Assembly: GCF_018350175.1 (NCBI RefSeq)
Contig: NC_058373.1
Location: 111,974,001 to 112,038,000, forward strand
Origin: Felis catus
Taxonomy: Eukaryota
Reading direction: 5' to 3'
Length of the DNA: 64,000 bases
Under the pieces are notes generated by a model that searched no databases, was not told the origin of the DNA, and worked only from the letters and a program-made list of their open reading frames with translations. Each line of letters opens with the position of its first letter. Position 1 is the first letter of the stretch. The position numbers and the translations under genes are program-made. Positions 63,998-64,000 of this stretch are shown in pieces.

Positions 63998-64000
63998 TTT
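63965..64000. repeat. (TTTA)n, probably the tail of a retroposon beyond the window edge
   Basis: Seen directly; truncated by the window end. Confidence 0.85.

Noticed and set aside
1..64000. CRISPR array, operon, prophage or novel multi-gene system
   Set aside because: The window is repeat-rich felid genomic DNA, with no regularly spaced repeat-spacer array and no long coding region on either strand.

Overview
This is mammalian nuclear DNA from a felid (cat family), not a prokaryotic or viral window. It carries about 18 carnivore tRNA-derived SINEs, mostly SINEC_Fc type, and several feline-type L1 3' ends. These sit on a background of ancient eutherian repeats (L2, MIR, L1M, MaLR/MLT1 and ERV LTRs, MER20, MER53, MER91, MER5, MER3, MARNA) plus many microsatellites. 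I found no convincing protein-coding gene, RNA gene or CRISPR array; the long ORFs are L1 ORF2 remnants, SINE-derived or microsatellite-derived. I do not see a new biological system. The most notable observations are: (1) a candidate 26-nt micro-exon with strong splice signals and a frame-preserving 12-bp duplication, joinable in frame to a downstream exon (51.3-51.7 kb); (2) an inverted pair of L1 copies whose mosaic variants suggest gene conversion; (3) a repeat-free segment with two adjacent PBX-HOX motifs; (4) retrotransposition oddities (5' inversions, short 3' transductions, tail-only insertions, nested elements with readable TSDs); (5) several micro-scale 'direct repeat plus snap-back' scars. 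Repeat family names come from my recall of consensus sequences, not from a database search, and boundaries of old repeats are approximate.
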